A DNA stretch of 64,000 bases from Planctomycetota bacterium (GTDB lineage: Bacteria; Planctomycetota; SZUA-567; H5-PLA8), in contig JBBRPR010000016.1 of the NCBI GenBank assembly GCA_038227875.1, positions 1-64,000 of the forward strand. Direction: 5' to 3'. How positions within the stretch are numbered: the first letter of the stretch is position 1; the number at the start of each line of letters is the position of its first letter. A model generated the notes under the pieces. The model saw only the letters and a list, made by a program, of their open reading frames with translations. It ran no database searches and had not been told where the DNA came from. Below are positions 29,335-39,810 of the stretch, piece after piece. The translations under genes and the position numbers were made by a program.

Positions 29335-32300
29335 ATGAGCCGGTTCGCCTTTTTCCTGCTGTTGACGCTTTCCCTGGCCTTCAACGTTGTGCACGCGAGT
29401 CAATCGCAAGTCGTCGGGTCGCAATACACCTACCACCATCATCGTGAACTTCCCGACGCCATTGCCAATAAGAGTTACACGCGCGAGATTGTCATTCCTC
29501 ATCTTCCCACCGATCGTTTTCAACTTCTTGTGAACCAGACGTTGCCGGCGGGCCTGACGCTCGATCCGGTCACGGGAGTCATCTCGGGTATTCCGACCGT
29601 ATCCGGACCCAACACGTTTGCGGTGCAGGTGGGCAGTCTGACGTACGTCATTCATTTAATGGTCATGCCGGCGGGCGGCGAGACGCTCGCTCCGGCGTAC
29701 TACGACGGCCAGGGGCCGTATGCCGTCACGCAGGAAACCACGACGATCAGTTTTGCGGCGGGTGAACTACCGTACACGCGTGCACTCAGCGCCCCGGCGC
29801 TCATTTCGTATCCTGCGCTGGCCGGGAATGGCGCGCAGTTGGCCGCCGGCCGATTTCCCGTGATTTCCTGGATGCATGGCAACAGCTACCAGGGCACTGA
29901 TTACACGCAGGTGTTGAAAATCATTTCCAGCTACGGATTCATCGTCATCGCTCCGACGCGGCCGCAATGGGATGGTGCGACCAGCTCGGTCTGGTACGAA
30001 TGGCAGATCTACCAACGCCGCGGGTACGAAACGTTGCTGCAACTGGACCTGTCCAGCGCCTCGAAATACTTCGGCCATGTCAACCGCGACGCCATTGGCC
30101 TGGTCGGACATTCCTGGGGTGGTGCGACGACAGAATTGAATGTCTTCCAATCCCCGGCGCGTGCGTTTGTGTTCATCGACGACATGTCGCTTCTCAATAA
30201 CGTGGACGAATGGAATAATTACTTCCAATGCTTCTCGCAGCCGCATCCGTTTCCAGCCAATCCATTGATGATTTTGAAGGGCGGGATTTCGTCGTACACG
30301 AATTCCTGCATCGAGTTCGAAGGCGCGTTTACCGGACCGCGATTTATGGCGACTTTCAACAACGCCCTCCATGAGAATTTTTTGAATGTCGGCTGGAACT
30401 ACCAGTTTTACTCTCCCGTGCAGGATGTCAGCGACTACACCCTTCGCAACTCAGCGCACCACATCGTTTCCTTTTTCAAACGGTATCTGCTGGATGATGT
30501 GGGCGCGGGCGCGAACCTGTACACGCCGTTTGCGTTGCAGCAGGCCGGATCGATCTCGCCGTATAATGGCGCGCTGGCCGCGGTGCGACCCGGCTGGGCC
30601 GGTCAGTTGATGATCGATGACTTCTCCAGCAGTTCTCTGATCACAAATAAATTGGGGCTGCCCGTAACTTCCTCATTGAACACCAGCCTGGGCATTCCGT
30701 ACCTTAACAGTACGACGGCGCCCAACACTGCGGAGCAGGCGGTCGTGGCTCATCCGCAGTACCAGCATTTGCATATCACCCAGACCGCCGGCGCGCCTCC
30801 GGGGGCTGTCAATGAAACGCTGGGCGATGTAGCCCTGCCGCTGGACGCATCGTTTTACAATTACGTTGCATTCGAGATCTCGCAAAAAGGAACTGTCGGG
30901 CAAAGTGTCCCCAGTACCTTTCCACTGACCATTCAGTTGCGTGATGCCACGGGCGCCAGCGCAGAGATGCCGCTGACCTTGAGCGTGCCCGTCGGCGGCT
31001 TCAAATCCGTTTTTGCCCATTCAATTCTGTTGCCGCTGAGCGCCTTTGGCGGCGTCAATCCGGCCAAACTCGTCTCGCTGGCCATCAAGCTGGGCACGCC
31101 GGTCCAGGATCTGAATCTGGAGCTCGACAATCTGCGTTTTGAACGCGTCGCTGCCGCCGGGAACCTGCCGCCCAGCGCGGTGGGTCAGTCGGTCACGACC
31201 AGTACTAACACCGCCAAGTCGATCGTGCTCGCAGCGACGGATCCCAACGGGGATGCATTGAGCTACTCCGTCGTCCTTCCTCCAGCGCATGGAACTGTGT
31301 CTCTTGCCGGGAACACCGTGACGTACACACCGGCCGCGGGATATCAAGGCACCGACGTCTTTCAATTTCAAGCCAGCGACGGCAGACTGCAAAGCAACAC
31401 CGCGGTCGTAAACGTGACGGTTATTGGTGCAGATCGGCCACCGGTCGCGAACAACCAGAGCGTCACCACGCCGAGCACGACCGCGGTGAATTTCACCCTG
31501 ACAGCGACCGACCCGGATAGCAATCCGCTGACGTATTCCATCGTCACGGTGCCACGTCTTGGGGGGCTTACCGGAACCCTTCCGAATTTGATCTACACGC
31601 CCTATGTCGCGGGTGGGACCGACTCGTTTACGTTCAAGGCTAATGACGGGATCATGGACGGCAATACCGCCACGGTCAGTATTACAATCACCCCGGTCAA
31701 TTCACCGCCCTACGCGAACAATTCCAACCTCGCCACGTATGCCAACCATGCTCGCGCGATTCAACTGAGTGCTGGAGACCCGGACAATAATCCGCTGACG
31801 TACACGATTTCTTCGCCCGCACACGGATCGCTCAGCGGCACCCCGCCCAATCTGACGTATTCGCCGGCGCTGAACTACACCGGGTCTGATGCGTTTACCT
31901 TCAGCGTCAGCGATGGGAAGGCATCGAGTGCGCCGGCTATCGTCAACCTTACTATTCACGCCGCCAATTCCGCACCCACTTGCAATAGCTCCAGCGCCGC
32001 CGTTCAAAGCGGTTATCCAGTAGTGGTCTATGAGGCGGGGAGCGACGTCGATGGCGATCCGTTGACCTATTCGATTATCAGCGGACCTGCGCACGGCACG
32101 TTCAGTGGACCCATCGTTACCTGGATGGGAAATGCATTGACCTATACGCCCAATGCTGGTTTCGTCGGGACCGACACCATTACCTATAAAGTCAACGATG
32201 GCGTACTCGACAGCACGCCCGGAACCCTCACGTTTACAGTTACGCTGCCGGAATTGCCGCCAGTCGCCGCATTTCAAGCGCTAAGCACGCCTGACAATGT

Positions 32301-34488
32301 GCCGCTGCCGATTGCGTTGTTCGGGACTGATCCCAACAATGATCCGCTGTATTTCGAAGTGCTGACCCAGCCTTTACACGGCGTGTTGACCGGCACGCCT
32401 CCGAATTTAATTTACACCCCGACGCTCTACTATTCGGGTCCCGATGCGTTTCTGTTCAGAATCGGCGACGGCAAGCTGTTCAGCGCCGCGGGGATGATTT
32501 CAATCACCGTCTCACACACCAATATTCCTCCGACTGTTGCCATCACATCGCCAGTGAACAATGCATCGTTCGCGGCGCTCTCGCCCATCGTCCTGACCGC
32601 CACCGCTGGAGATGTTGATGGAACAGTATCGAAAGTTGATTTTTATCAGGGCACAACTCTGATCGGAACGGCTACCAGCAGTCCTTTTAAGCTCACGTGG
32701 AATTCGGTTCCGGCCGGCACCTACAGTTTGACTGCAGTAGCTACGGACAACTCCGGCGCAACGACGACCTCTGCAATTGTGACGGTCACGAGCGCCAAGA
32801 CCGTTCCCGTCGTGAGTTGGAGCAATCCAGCGGCGGTGGTTTACGGAACCGCGCTGAGCGCCACGCAACTCAATGCCACGACGAGCGTGCCGGGAACGTT
32901 TGTCTATACGCCCGCCAGCGGCGTTGTGTTGAACGCAGGCGCCCAAACACTTTCGGTTACATTCAAGCCGACGGATGTCGTGAATTATACCAACGTGACC
33001 CAGACGGTTACGCTCACGGTGAACAAGGCTCCGCTGACGATTACTGCTGACGCGAAGACCAAGAAAATCGGCGCGCCACTGCCAGCCTTGACGGCCAGCT
33101 ACTCTGGATTCGTCAACAACGACTCTGTTGCCTCGCTCAGCATCGCGGCAACGCTGACGACGACAGCGACCGCCGCCAGTCCCGCTGGAACGTACCCGGT
33201 TAATGTCAGCGGCGTCGTCAGCACAAATTACGCGATCACCTACGTGGCAGGAACGTTAACCGTAACGAATTTAGTCGTCCCGACGATCACCTGGGCCAAC
33301 CCCGCAGCGATTACCGCAGGCACAGCGCTCAGCGCGACGCAGCTTAACGCCACTGCAAGCGTGCCGGGGACGTTCGTTTATACGCCCGCCAGCGGGACTG
33401 TACTGAGCGCGGGTACACAGACGCTGTCCGTTACCTTTACTCCAACCAATACTACAGCGTATTCCACCGCGACGGCGACGGTTTCAATTCTGGTGAATAA
33501 AGTCACGCCAATCATCACATGGACCAATCCCGCTGCGATTACTTTCGGAACCGCGCTCGGCGCCACGCAGCTCAGTGCATCCGCAAATGTCCCCGGAGCG
33601 TTCGCGTACTTGCCAACCACTGGAACCGTGCTCGCCGTGGGAGCCCAAACGCTCACCACCATATTTACGCCCACCAACACAGCACTGTATGCCACCACAC
33701 CTGCGCGGGTGACTCTCCAGGTCAACAAGGCAACGCCGGTCGTCACGTGGCCCAATCCCCCAGCGATCCCCGTGGGGACCGCCCTCAGTGCCGCGCAGCT
33801 CAATGCGACCGCGAATGTCGCCGGCACCTTCGCCTACACGCCAGGCAACGGTACCGTTCTGACGGTTGGGACTCACACCGTGACCGTCGTCTTCACACCG
33901 AGTGACTCGTTCGACTACACACCCGTGACTCAGTCGGCCATCGTCACCGTGACGGCGTCGGGCGCTGGAACTGTCGGCGGGGTCGGCACACCGAATGACG
34001 TGGGCGCTGCGGGCACCGCACGAAATCCAATCCCGATAACGATGACCAAAGTACAAGGCGTCGTAAAACCGGCAGCCGGACATGATTCCGCAGTACTTTC
34101 GGGAGTCATCCCGAACGTCGCCAGGGGATTCTCGCCCGCTGGCAAAGTGCTTTCAGTCACTCTCAATGGAGCCACCGTCGACTTCACTCTTACAAGCACC
34201 GGCCATGCGAAATCGGCCAATGGAGCGAGCGTCGCGAGCCTGAAATTCAAACCGGTGCTCCACAGCAAGACCACGCCCAAATCGCTCTTTCAAGGCGGCA
34301 ACGTCTCCTTCACCATTGCGCTAAAAGCGGGAACGTGGTCTTCAGTCTGGGGCATGAATCCCAACATTGGCGCGACGTCGCTTGTCGATCTGGCCACGAC
34401 GATCGTTCTTGATGGTACTTACTACGCAGCCACATTCGAAGTGAAGCTGACGTCGAAGCCCAAATTGGGCGGCTCCTTCAAAAACTAG
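29335..34488 (+). CDS. 1717-aa secreted protein: alpha/beta hydrolase on an Ig-like repeat stalk
   Basis: Signal peptide, He_PIG-like domain, GHSWGG hydrolase, 5 cadherin/Big_9-like repeats, 1 Big_7-like, 4 WxNP..GTAL.A.QL repeats, 1 MBG-like, basic C-terminal domain; GGAGG RBS. Confidence 0.88.
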   Translation: MSRFAFFLLLTLSLAFNVVHASQSQVVGSQYTYHHHRELPDAIANKSYTREIVIPHLPTDRFQLLVNQTLPAGLTLDPVTGVISGIPTVSGPNTFAVQVGSLTYVIHLMVMPAGGETLAPAYYDGQGPYAVTQETTTISFAAGELPYTRALSAPALISYPALAGNGAQLAAGRFPVISWMHGNSYQGTDYTQVLKIISSYGFIVIAPTRPQWDGATSSVWYEWQIYQRRGYETLLQLDLSSASKYFGHVNRDAIGLVGHSWGGATTELNVFQSPARAFVFIDDMSLLNNVDEWNNYFQCFSQPHPFPANPLMILKGGISSYTNSCIEFEGAFTGPRFMATFNNALHENFLNVGWNYQFYSPVQDVSDYTLRNSAHHIVSFFKRYLLDDVGAGANLYTPFALQQAGSISPYNGALAAVRPGWAGQLMIDDFSSSSLITNKLGLPVTSSLNTSLGIPYLNSTTAPNTAEQAVVAHPQYQHLHITQTAGAPPGAVNETLGDVALPLDASFYNYVAFEISQKGTVGQSVPSTFPLTIQLRDATGASAEMPLTLSVPVGGFKSVFAHSILLPLSAFGGVNPAKLVSLAIKLGTPVQDLNLELDNLRFERVAAAGNLPPSAVGQSVTTSTNTAKSIVLAATDPNGDALSYSVVLPPAHGTVSLAGNTVTYTPAAGYQGTDVFQFQASDGRLQSNTAVVNVTVIGADRPPVANNQSVTTPSTTAVNFTLTATDPDSNPLTYSIVTVPRLGGLTGTLPNLIYTPYVAGGTDSFTFKANDGIMDGNTATVSITITPVNSPPYANNSNLATYANHARAIQLSAGDPDNNPLTYTISSPAHGSLSGTPPNLTYSPALNYTGSDAFTFSVSDGKASSAPAIVNLTIHAANSAPTCNSSSAAVQSGYPVVVYEAGSDVDGDPLTYSIISGPAHGTFSGPIVTWMGNALTYTPNAGFVGTDTITYKVNDGVLDSTPGTLTFTVTLPELPPVAAFQALSTPDNVPLPIALFGTDPNNDPLYFEVLTQPLHGVLTGTPPNLIYTPTLYYSGPDAFLFRIGDGKLFSAAGMISITVSHTNIPPTVAITSPVNNASFAALSPIVLTATAGDVDGTVSKVDFYQGTTLIGTATSSPFKLTWNSVPAGTYSLTAVATDNSGATTTSAIVTVTSAKTVPVVSWSNPAAVVYGTALSATQLNATTSVPGTFVYTPASGVVLNAGAQTLSVTFKPTDVVNYTNVTQTVTLTVNKAPLTITADAKTKKIGAPLPALTASYSGFVNNDSVASLSIAATLTTTATAASPAGTYPVNVSGVVSTNYAITYVAGTLTVTNLVVPTITWANPAAITAGTALSATQLNATASVPGTFVYTPASGTVLSAGTQTLSVTFTPTNTTAYSTATATVSILVNKVTPIITWTNPAAITFGTALGATQLSASANVPGAFAYLPTTGTVLAVGAQTLTTIFTPTNTALYATTPARVTLQVNKATPVVTWPNPPAIPVGTALSAAQLNATANVAGTFAYTPGNGTVLTVGTHTVTVVFTPSDSFDYTPVTQSAIVTVTASGAGTVGGVGTPNDVGAAGTARNPIPITMTKVQGVVKPAAGHDSAVLSGVIPNVARGFSPAGKVLSVTLNGATVDFTLTSTGHAKSANGASVASLKFKPVLHSKTTPKSLFQGGNVSFTIALKAGTWSSVWGMNPNIGATSLVDLATTIVLDGTYYAATFEVKLTSKPKLGGSFKN

Positions 34489-34530
34489 CCACTGCTCCAC
34501 GTGAGACCGAGCGACGATGCGTAGAGGCGA

Positions 34531-34559
34531 ATGACATCCCATAACGCCCATGGTATACT
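34531..34559 (+). promoter_or_regulatory. Sigma-70 promoter of metG
   Basis: ATGACA-N17-TATACT with extended -10 TG. Confidence 0.6.
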
Positions 34560-34606
34560 TCCAGTTCCGCATGCCTGGCATGCGTTGAACCGGAGGCACT
34601 GCTGCA

Positions 34607-36337
34607 TTGAAAAAAGTTCTCGTAACCAGCGCGCTACCTTATGCCAATGGGCGCGTCCACATCGGGCATCTCGCGGGCGCTTATCTTCCATCTGATATTT
34701 ACGTGAGGTGGCTGCGGCTGAAGGGCTGCGACGTCCGCTACATTTGCGGCTCTGACGAACACGGCGTCCCGATCACGCTCACGGCGCTGAAACGCAAAAC
34801 CACGCCGCAACTGGTGGTTGACGAATTCCACGCCGCCAACGGCGCAGCCTTCGAAGCAGCAGATGTGAAGTTCGATATCTGGGGGCGCACATCCAGCGCC
34901 GAACATCATGCGCTGACCCAGCAATTTTTCACGCGGCTCTACAACAAGGGCTACATCGAGAAACGCACGACGCAGCAGTTGTACTCCGAAAAGTCGAAGA
35001 TGTTCCTGCCCGATCGTTACGTTGAAGGAGAATGCCCCGTCTGCCACGACGCCAATGCGCGCGGCGATCAGTGCGATAAATGCGGGAGCACGTACGAAGT
35101 CACGGAGTTGATCAAGCCGCGAGTTGCGATCGAAGGCGACGGCTCGACGCCGGTGCTGAAGTCGACGGCGCATTGGTTTTTGAAGCTCGACGCGTTCTCC
35201 GACCGCTTGAAACAGTGGGTGGCGACGCACGCCGACGGCACGCCGCAGACGTGGCGCGTCAATGCGCAACGCGAAGCGAATTCGTGGCTGAAGCGCGGCC
35301 TGCAGCCGCGCGCGATCACCCGCGATACAAGCTGGGGCGTGGAAATCCCGTTGCCCGAAGATGCTGACGCTCCAGGCAAACGACTGTACGTCTGGTTCGA
35401 CGCGCCGATCGGGTACGTCACGTTTACGCAACAGTTATTCGCGAAGGAAGGAACGCCGGAGCGTTGGAAGGAGTTCTGGCAGAATCCCGATGCGGAGATC
35501 ATCAACTTCATCGGCAAGGACAACATTCCGTTCCATGCGATCACATGGCCTGCGATGCAGATCGGCGCGAACGAAGATGTGCCGGCAGGCGAGAAGCCGT
35601 ACCAGCTCGTCACACAAGTTGTCTCCAATGAATTTTTGAATCTCGGCGAGGACAAGTTCAGCAAATCGCGCGGGAACATCATCGAGATCGGCTGGTTTGC
35701 CGAAAAGTACGGCAGTGAAGCGCTGCGTTACTACCTCACGGCCGTCGCGCCGGAGGGCAGCGACAGCACATTCACATGGGACGATTTCCTGCAGCGCTAC
35801 AACGGCGAACTCGCGGACATCCTCGGCAACTATGTTCATCGCGTGGTGACGTTCGCGGTCAACAAGCTCGGAGCGAAGGTTCCTGAGGTGAGCGATCTGG
35901 GCACTCATTCGGCGTTTGCAGCGGAGACGCAGACGGCTGTGTCGACGACGGGCGTGCTGCTGGATGGCTTTCAGTTCCGCAACGCGATCTCCACCGTGAT
36001 CGCCAGCGCGCGCGCGGGCAATGTGTACTTCGATTCCAACGCGCCGTGGAAGTCGATCAAGAGCGATCCGGCGGAATGCAACCGGCTGATCTATGTCTGT
36101 CTGTGCCGCGCGGCGGCGATCGGCTTGATGCTCCGCCCGTTCCTGCCCAAGAGCGCCGCGGCAATCCTGAAAAACTTCGGCCTCGAGAATGCATTTGCGG
36201 CCGGAAGTTCGAACCTGCGCGCTGAAGATGTGGTTAAGCCCGGCGCGATAATCAACAAGCCGGAAGTACTGTTCAAGAAGCTTGAAGCGAAAGATCTGCC
36301 GCAGGACGAAGCGGCGCCGAAAGACGTGAAGAAGTAG
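34607..36337 (+). CDS. metG: Methionyl-tRNA synthetase (no C-terminal Trbp domain)
   Basis: ALPYANG..HIGH, GSDEHG, Zn knuckles, YVWFDA, GKDNI, KFSKS. Confidence 0.97.
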   Translation: MKKVLVTSALPYANGRVHIGHLAGAYLPSDIYVRWLRLKGCDVRYICGSDEHGVPITLTALKRKTTPQLVVDEFHAANGAAFEAADVKFDIWGRTSSAEHHALTQQFFTRLYNKGYIEKRTTQQLYSEKSKMFLPDRYVEGECPVCHDANARGDQCDKCGSTYEVTELIKPRVAIEGDGSTPVLKSTAHWFLKLDAFSDRLKQWVATHADGTPQTWRVNAQREANSWLKRGLQPRAITRDTSWGVEIPLPEDADAPGKRLYVWFDAPIGYVTFTQQLFAKEGTPERWKEFWQNPDAEIINFIGKDNIPFHAITWPAMQIGANEDVPAGEKPYQLVTQVVSNEFLNLGEDKFSKSRGNIIEIGWFAEKYGSEALRYYLTAVAPEGSDSTFTWDDFLQRYNGELADILGNYVHRVVTFAVNKLGAKVPEVSDLGTHSAFAAETQTAVSTTGVLLDGFQFRNAISTVIASARAGNVYFDSNAPWKSIKSDPAECNRLIYVCLCRAAAIGLMLRPFLPKSAAAILKNFGLENAFAAGSSNLRAEDVVKPGAIINKPEVLFKKLEAKDLPQDEAAPKDVKK

Positions 36338-36381
36338 GGCGCAGCGTCGTCCGTCGTTTACCTGCGGGAGACAGAGTCCGA

Positions 36382-37308
36382 ATGCGACATGTAATTCTGG
36401 CCATGACACTGCTCTGTTCCGGAATTTTTGCGGCCAGCGAAAAGCCGTCCGGCACGGAGATCAAGGCGGCGCTGGAGCGCGGAAAAATCGTACGCGACGT
36501 CAAGGAACTCATTCCCGCTGCGCTGGGCAAGAATGCGTTTGTGATCAAGATCAACGGCGTGCGTTGCGGACACGGAATTACGACGCTGGAAGACGCGAAG
36601 GGCGAAGGCGGCGCGGTCTACAAACTAACGGAAGAAGCCCGCTCGGCGCAGGCCGACGACGATTCGGCGCGGATCTATGACTATAAAGGGACATACCTCC
36701 TCAACAGCCGGCTCGGGCTGGTTTCCGGCACGTTACGCTGGAAAGAGACGACTAAAAATCTCGCTGAGAAGAAAGACGATGTGACGGAAGAATCCTGTTC
36801 CATGCGCGTGGAGAAAGACGTGCTGAAATGGGAGGCGACCGTCGGAGGCGAGACCACGAAAGACAGCACGCCGCTCAATGGAGAAACGCCGATTCCGCAG
36901 AGCATCCTCTGCTCGCTGTCGGCGTTTCTTGGAAAATCGAGCGAGGGATTCGGCAAGCCGATCTGCGTGCCCGAACTGTCACCGCGCGCAGACAAGGATG
37001 CGTTCGACATTCAGACCGCCTGGGTCACGTTCGAGCAAGCCAAGGAGAAATCGACCGCCGGATTCGCGAAATTGATTCACCTCGTCGGTGCGCCGGAACG
37101 CAAAGAGATCGAAGGCCTGTCCAGCGTGTCGTGGTCCGCGCCACAGGTGCTGACGCTCGATGGCGTATCGATCACGAGCTACCCGGCGGCCGCGCCTGGA
37201 ATTGATGTAGAGCCGATTGCTCCGGAGAAGCTGGATCCGGATGCGTCCCTGGACCTTGCCAAAATCGCGGCGGCGGCAAGCGAAGTCATGGGGCCAAAAA
37301 AGCCGTAA
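36382..37308 (+). CDS. Exported hypothetical protein
   Basis: Signal peptide, host-like codon usage. Confidence 0.75.
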   Translation: MRHVILAMTLLCSGIFAASEKPSGTEIKAALERGKIVRDVKELIPAALGKNAFVIKINGVRCGHGITTLEDAKGEGGAVYKLTEEARSAQADDDSARIYDYKGTYLLNSRLGLVSGTLRWKETTKNLAEKKDDVTEESCSMRVEKDVLKWEATVGGETTKDSTPLNGETPIPQSILCSLSAFLGKSSEGFGKPICVPELSPRADKDAFDIQTAWVTFEQAKEKSTAGFAKLIHLVGAPERKEIEGLSSVSWSAPQVLTLDGVSITSYPAAAPGIDVEPIAPEKLDPDASLDLAKIAAAASEVMGPKKP

Positions 37309-37351
37309 TTAAAACGCAGCGAAATCGTCGAACTCCTGAGATTCTGAATCG

Positions 37352-39037
37352 ATGGAGCAGCACAGTATGCGGGTTCGCGCGGCATTGACCTTCCTGATAC
37401 TCGCAATGCTGCCTCTTCACGCAGCGACGGTATTACTGAAGGACGGCTCAACGCTCAGCGGAGACATTCAAAACGTCGAGTGGGATTTCTACTCGGTCCT
37501 GCAAACCACGAAATCCGGCACCGCGCGCCGCATCATTCCGCGCTCAGACGTTGTGAAAATTGACGGCGCATCGGACGCTGAAAAAGCAATTCTTGGGCGC
37601 CCCGATCCGGATTTCGATACCAGCGAAGAGCAGAATCGCAACGAGTTGCCGATCGAACGGCACCTGGCGGTCGAAGCGCTGCAAGCGTGGTACGGCGCGG
37701 ATCTGGATTTAAAAGGCGACGCGGCGCTCGCGAAATCCGTGCAGCGCGCGGAGGCGCTGATCATCGGCTACCTGCGGGTGAATGATGCGGCCAAGCGCAA
37801 ACTGTGGCTCGACGAATTGCAGGACCTGAAACTCGAGCCGCAAATGGTGCGCGCAATTCTGCAGAGCGGTCCGTATGCGCTGGGCGCGGAGTTGAAGACC
37901 GGCCGCTTTCGCATGCGCACTCCCGTGAACGGCGTCGAGGGCGGCATCGTCAATTTCACGGCGCACGTTCCGGAAAGTTACACCAGCAGGAAGAAGTGGC
38001 CGGTGATTCTGCTGCTGCACGGCACGCTGAACAACGGCGATCAGTACATGAATTTCTGGCTGAAGGACGAGATCGCAGCCGGCTATATCCTCATCGCGCC
38101 GTGGGCCAATCACGCGCACGCATATGGGCCTTCCGTTCTGGGTCGCGGGCAGGTTTTCGCGGCGCTCGAATGGGCGCTGACACATTACCGCGTCGATCCC
38201 GACCGCGTGTATATCACGGGATTGAGTATGGGCGGCGCAGGCGCCAAGCGTCTGGCAATTTTTCAACCCGACCGATTCGCGGCGGCTTGTTCGGATTCTG
38301 GCGCGCCGCTGGATCCCTCGCTGGAGGCGCAGTACAAAAATCTTTTCACTGTGCCGCTCTATTCGTGGAGCGGCGCGCGCGATCAGTTGGTGCCGAATGC
38401 GGTAGTACTCCACGAGAAGGAACTGGCCGAGGCGCTCAAACTTCCCCTCACGTACGCGATCGATCCCAATGGTGATCACGGCTCAAATCCCAACATCGCC
38501 GCGGATGCCGTGAAATTTTTCGAGGACAAAAAACGCTCGCGCTACCCCGATCGCGTAGTGCTGGCCTCGCAGGAGGACGAGCAGGGACTGCGGCATCACT
38601 ACGTCGAGATCACCCGCGCTGACGAGGCCGCAAATGTCCCGTATATGTTCAACGTGCTGAACATTATGAAAGTCGTCGACTATCCAAGCGGCGATCTGGA
38701 CAGAGCGCGCGATTTGAAAACAATGGTGGAGAAAGGCGGCGAGATCATCGTCGACCACCGCCGCATGTGGCGCAAAGCACGTGAGCTGGATCTACATCTC
38801 GATAAAGCCAAGAACACCGTGGTGCTCGACAGCGCCGCGTTGGTCCGAGCGTTCCGGATTTTCGTTGACGACGAGATGCTCGACCTCGATCAGGAGATCA
38901 AGGTCAGCTACAAAAATCAAATCGTGGCCACGCAGAAAATTACGCGTTCGATTGCGTTCATGCTGGAGGAAGCACGAAAGCACGGCCGACGAGATTTGTC
39001 GTACTGGGGCGCTATTGATGTGAAGCTCGCGCAGTAA
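37352..39037 (+). CDS. Secreted esterase/peptidase (alpha/beta hydrolase)
   Basis: WPVILLLHG, VDPDRVYITGLSMGG, GARD, GDH. Confidence 0.85.
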   Translation: MEQHSMRVRAALTFLILAMLPLHAATVLLKDGSTLSGDIQNVEWDFYSVLQTTKSGTARRIIPRSDVVKIDGASDAEKAILGRPDPDFDTSEEQNRNELPIERHLAVEALQAWYGADLDLKGDAALAKSVQRAEALIIGYLRVNDAAKRKLWLDELQDLKLEPQMVRAILQSGPYALGAELKTGRFRMRTPVNGVEGGIVNFTAHVPESYTSRKKWPVILLLHGTLNNGDQYMNFWLKDEIAAGYILIAPWANHAHAYGPSVLGRGQVFAALEWALTHYRVDPDRVYITGLSMGGAGAKRLAIFQPDRFAAACSDSGAPLDPSLEAQYKNLFTVPLYSWSGARDQLVPNAVVLHEKELAEALKLPLTYAIDPNGDHGSNPNIAADAVKFFEDKKRSRYPDRVVLASQEDEQGLRHHYVEITRADEAANVPYMFNVLNIMKVVDYPSGDLDRARDLKTMVEKGGEIIVDHRRMWRKARELDLHLDKAKNTVVLDSAALVRAFRIFVDDEMLDLDQEIKVSYKNQIVATQKITRSIAFMLEEARKHGRRDLSYWGAIDVKLAQ

Positions 39038-39042
39038 CCGCG

Positions 39043-39810
39043 TCAGGCCTGACCCAGCAACTCGGCCGAGTTGAGTTCCCGTACGCGGCGGAGCGTTTCA
39101 GGGGAAACATCGCTGCCGACGTTCAGCTTTTCCGCAACCGCTTCGAAGTAATAGAACGGCGAGTGGCTGCCAAAGACGATCCGCTCGCCACTGACGATCT
39201 TGAGCGCGTTGACCAGAGACTCACCGGATTCAACGGACGAAAGTTCGACCCATAGATTTTTCGCGGCGCTCTGCAGGTGCTTGAGTTCCGCATGATACGC
39301 TCCGCAGGCGAGGAAGCGGTTCTTCGGATGCGCGGCTGCCAGGGCGGCAACGTCCGCCGCCGGAACTCCGGGCACTTTCATCAGCGGGTGGTGCGCGCGC
39401 TCATCGACCATACGGAGCTGGAAGCTCACCGGCACATTTTCGGCGGCGGCCATCTCGAGCAGTTTTGTTACGCGTGCATCGTTGACCGGAAAGGAGTGGT
39501 AATTGGGCAGGAGCTTAAAGCCGCCGCAACGCCAATTTTTCAGGCAAGCGGCCGCATCGTCGAGATAGGTCGCCAGCGACACGTCAATCACCGCGAAGGG
39601 CACAAAAAACGGATCGGCTGAAACGGAAGTGAGCAGCGGCTCGTTACCCTCCATGGGATCGGGCAGGAGCACAGATTCCACCGCGGCAACCCAAGCCTGG
39701 GTCACGCCATGTTGCTTGAGATGAACCTTCAGGCCTTCGAATTCGGTCTGCGCAAGCTGGCGGAACGGCCAGTGACCGCAGAAAACGCTGGTATCGACAA
39801 GCGGAGTCAT
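39043..39810 (-). CDS. Amidohydrolase-2 family protein (degenerate metal site)
   Basis: GHWPFR, KLLPNYH, IVFGSHSP. Confidence 0.82.
   Translation of the reverse strand: MTPLVDTSVFCGHWPFRQLAQTEFEGLKVHLKQHGVTQAWVAAVESVLLPDPMEGNEPLLTSVSADPFFVPFAVIDVSLATYLDDAAACLKNWRCGGFKLLPNYHSFPVNDARVTKLLEMAAAENVPVSFQLRMVDERAHHPLMKVPGVPAADVAALAAAHPKNRFLACGAYHAELKHLQSAAKNLWVELSSVESGESLVNALKIVSGERIVFGSHSPFYYFEAVAEKLNVGSDVSPETLRRVRELNSAELLGQA

Noticed and set aside
31160..33960. Repeated DNA segments as a possible array
   Set aside because: They are diverged Ig-like protein repeats inside one CDS, not CRISPR or a non-coding array.
34489..34606. T-box or SAM riboswitch before metG
   Set aside because: No T-box motif or terminator; the predicted leader is only ~40 nt.
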